Below, one piece after another: positions 61,726-64,000 of a DNA stretch of 64,000 nucleotides. The position numbers and the translations under genes were made by a program. Source of the stretch: an uncultured Solirubrobacterales bacterium (GTDB taxonomy: Bacteria; Actinomycetota; Thermoleophilia; Solirubrobacterales; 70-9); the NCBI GenBank assembly GCA_963718755.1, contig OY970376.1, positions 527,673 to 591,672 of the forward strand. The letters are read 5' to 3'. Position 1 is the first letter of the stretch, and every line of letters starts with the position of its first letter. Under the pieces are notes generated by a model. That model ran no database searches, was not told where the DNA came from, and saw only the letters and a list, made by a program, of their open reading frames with translations.

Positions 61726-62710
61726 AGCGGTCGCCCAGGGCGGCCTTGAGGCCGTCGATGGCGTCGATCGGCAGCGGGTCGACCCCGCGGGCCTCAGCAA
61801 TTGCCAGCGAGACCAAGTCTCCGAGCATTACGGTCCAGAGCAGGCGTTCGGTGGACGTCTCGCCGGCCGCCTCGACCCGAATTGCCAGCGCTCCGGATGT
61901 GTCGATCGCCTCGGCGGTCAACTCGAAGCGGCGCTTGACCCGAGGGTGCTGGTCGGCATCCTCGAGCAGCACCGCCGCATGCGTGCCAACCCCCGGCGCC
62001 TCCCCACTCCAACCGCAGATCTCGTTGTGGTTTGCCTCCGGCAGCTCGGAGTAGAAGGCAGCCAGCTTTGCGTTCTCGTTGAGCTGCGTCTTCCAGCGGC
62101 GCGCCGCAGCCGCGGTCGCAGCAGCGCCGTAGACAACCGGCACGGCACCGCTGAGCTGGGCGGCGATCTCGGCGGCGGTGTGCTGGAGATCGGCCCTGCG
62201 CTCCTCGAGGAAGTCCGCGGCGCCCTCGAGCTCGTCGGCGATCCGCGGTGCCGCGCCAACCCGGCCGGCGACCTCCGCGGCGCAGACCAGCATGTACGCG
62301 ACAGCGGTGCGAGGTGCGGGCAGCAGTCCCGGCAGGCCGATCACCGGGTCGCCAGCCGAGCGCGCCGCGTCGACGAGCGCGCCGCCGGTGCTGGCGACGA
62401 CCCGGCGCGCTCCGATGGCCTCGGCTGCAGCGAAGCAGGACAGGGTCTCCTCGGTCTCGCCCGAGTAGCTCGAGCAGAGCACGGCCCACTCGGGGGTCAC
62501 CCAGCTCGGCAGCTCATACCCACGCACGGTCAGCAGCGGCCGCGAAAGACGGTCGCCGAGCGCCGCCGCGGCGAGGTCGCCGCCGATCGCCGAGCCGCCC
62601 ATGCCGCAGACGATCAAGCCGGCGGACTCGCCTGCCCCCAAACGGGCGGACTCGACCCGCCAGAGCGCGTCGCGCAGGTGCTCGGGGATGGCGAGGATCT
62701 CGTCGAGCAT
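61724..62710 (-). CDS. Bifunctional phosphoglucose/phosphomannose isomerase (SIS domain)
   Basis: CGMGGSAIGGDL SIS motif. ~330 aa with the archaeal/actinobacterial PGI-PMI layout. Confidence 0.75.
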   Translation of the reverse strand: MLDEILAIPEHLRDALWRVESARLGAGESAGLIVCGMGGSAIGGDLAAAALGDRLSRPLLTVRGYELPSWVTPEWAVLCSSYSGETEETLSCFAAAEAIGARRVVASTGGALVDAARSAGDPVIGLPGLLPAPRTAVAYMLVCAAEVAGRVGAAPRIADELEGAADFLEERRADLQHTAAEIAAQLSGAVPVVYGAAATAAAARRWKTQLNENAKLAAFYSELPEANHNEICGWSGEAPGVGTHAAVLLEDADQHPRVKRRFELTAEAIDTSGALAIRVEAAGETSTERLLWTVMLGDLVSLAIAEARGVDPLPIDAIDGLKAALGDR

Positions 62711-62712
62711 GG

Positions 62713-63693
62713 CTACGCCGGCACCTCTTCGCCCTCAGCCACCACTGCACCTTCAAGCAGGCCACCCGGTCCGATTTCGGCCCGAGGCGAGAGGATCGAG
62801 TTGATGACGCGAGCTCCCTCGCCGACCGTGCTGCCGGTGAGGAGCACCGAGTCGATGACCTCCGCCCCAGCCCCGACGCGGCAATCAGGGCCGACAACGG
62901 CGCGTGGTCCAACCTTTGCCCCCGCCACGTCGGCACCAGGATCGATCAGCAGGCCGGGCTCGTCGGGTTCGACCCGCGTCGCGACCCGACCTTCGAGGAT
63001 GTCCCAGCTCGCCTGCAGGTAGCGCTCCGGCGTGCCGATGTCCATCCAGTAGCCATCGAGCAGCAGGCCGTGCAGTCCCTCGCCGACCAGGCGGGGGAAG
63101 ACGTCGCGCTCGATCGAGACCTTCTCCCCGGCGGGGATCAGATCGAGCACGGAACGCTCCAGCAGGTACATGCCCGCGTTGACCTCACCGGGCCTGCGCT
63201 CGCCGGTCTTCTCGAGGAACTCGAGGACCGCATCTTCCTCTCCGCGCTGGACCAGTCCGAAGGCAGCGGAGTCCTCGACCGGATGCAGCCCGATCGTCGC
63301 CGCCCGGCCCTCCCCGTCGTGCGCGCGCTGCAGGGCGCTCAGATCGAGGTCGGTGAGCACGTCCCCGTTGAGCGCGAAGAAGCGCTCCTCCAGCTCGTCG
63401 CCCAGCTCGTCGGCGGCGAAGCGGATCGCGCCGGCAGTTCCCAACGGCTCGGGCTCGACCACGTAGCGAATCCCCACCCCGGCCCGCTCCTCCTCGCCGA
63501 TCAGCGCCTCGCGCAGGACGTCGGGCAGGAAACCGCAGGCGAGAACCACTTCGGTCACACCGTGCCCGGCGAGCCACTCGATCATGTAAGCGAGAAAGGG
63601 CCGATCGACCAGAGTCAGTGCCGGCTTCGGCGTCTTCTCGGTAAGCGGCCTCAGCCGAGTTCCCTCGCCGCCGACCAGAATGATCGCCTGCAT
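62713..63693 (-). CDS. Mannose-1-phosphate guanylyltransferase-like nucleotidyltransferase
   Basis: ILVGGEGTRLRPLTEKTPKPAL N-terminus and C-terminal hexapeptide repeats. Confidence 0.8.
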   Translation of the reverse strand: MQAIILVGGEGTRLRPLTEKTPKPALTLVDRPFLAYMIEWLAGHGVTEVVLACGFLPDVLREALIGEEERAGVGIRYVVEPEPLGTAGAIRFAADELGDELEERFFALNGDVLTDLDLSALQRAHDGEGRAATIGLHPVEDSAAFGLVQRGEEDAVLEFLEKTGERRPGEVNAGMYLLERSVLDLIPAGEKVSIERDVFPRLVGEGLHGLLLDGYWMDIGTPERYLQASWDILEGRVATRVEPDEPGLLIDPGADVAGAKVGPRAVVGPDCRVGAGAEVIDSVLLTGSTVGEGARVINSILSPRAEIGPGGLLEGAVVAEGEEVPA

Positions 63694-63696
63694 GCG

Positions 63697-64000
63697 TCAG
63701 TCCGCGGTCGCCGGCGAGGGCACGACTTCGGTTGCTCGCCCAATGCCCTCGTACTCGAAACCCGCGCCACGAAGGACGGTGGAATCGAGAAAGTTGCGAC
63801 CGTCGATCAGCAGCGGTCGCGCCATCCGGCTCGCTGCTTCAGCCCAGTCGACCTCGGCGAACTCAGACCACTCGGTGACCAGGACCGCCGCGTCGGCGCC
63901 ATCGAGCGCCTCCAGCGCTGAGCCACGCAGCTCGACCCCCTCGAGAAGACCCCTGGCCGCCTCCATGGCCACCGGGTCGTAAGCCACCACCTCGGCACCT
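63697..64000 (-). CDS. UDP-glucose/GDP-mannose 6-dehydrogenase, C-terminal part (continues beyond the right edge)
   Basis: AYDPVA...LVTEWSEF...IDGRN C-terminal domain motifs. The frame stays open to position 64000. Confidence 0.75.
   Translation of the reverse strand, partial: GAEVVAYDPVAMEAARGLLEGVELRGSALEALDGADAAVLVTEWSEFAEVDWAEAASRMARPLLIDGRNFLDSTVLRGAGFEYEGIGRATEVVPSPATAD

Overview
This is a very GC-rich, gene-dense chromosomal window. Its synteny looks Actinomycetota-like (uvrC-rapZ; prfB ... secA-hpf-comF; ftsEX-ctpA-rnr-smpB-ssrA), but the taxon cannot be fixed without a search. About 70 protein genes can be supported, most on the minus strand. The many long antisense ORFs in the track are GC-bias shadows.

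Main blocks:
1. ABC-2 exporter, rapZ and uvrC (0.1-4.6 kb).
2. Small metabolic and redox genes, and a vapBC pair (4.6-8.9 kb).
3. An orphan Tad-like pseudopilin module. It includes a TadG-N / VanY(M15) / SLT tri-domain protein and is interleaved with a second vapBC (8.9-12.3 kb).
4. A 13-kb co-directional phosphate-homeostasis supercluster (12.3-25.8 kb): pit, its DUF47 partner, ppk1, a PHP-glycosyltransferase fusion, ppx, phoU-pstBACS and an orphan OmpR-type regulator. It carries 11-bp-phased TTCAC direct repeats that look like PHO boxes.
5. HD hydrolase, Rpf-like protein, purU, P450, ABC-F, OsmC and MBL genes.
6. A DUF4160/DUF2442 pair next to a tmRNA gene, followed further on by smpB, rnr, ctpA and ftsEX.
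7. tkt, nadA, fpg and nadC. A lower-GC AlbA_2/HATPase_c_4/wHTH gene sits here, bracketed by AT-rich arrays of the decamer TTGCAAGTAG.
8. An ECF sigma gene translationally coupled to ogt, prfB with the classic CTT TGA C +1 frameshift, secA, hpf, comF, ahcY and nucleotide-sugar genes.

Signals I could not explain:
- Two families of roughly 100-nt nested-hairpin intergenic elements. Each has a conserved core, non-conserved but complementary outer stems, and compensatory changes. Family 1 is at 36486-36593 and 55037-55150; family 2 is at 20187-20295 and 27145-27242.
- A duplicated ~70-nt leader in front of both Tad-like transcription units.
- The decamer arrays around the AlbA_2 gene.

No rRNA, tRNA, CRISPR array or transposase gene was seen. 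All family names are recognised by eye from motifs; no database search was run.
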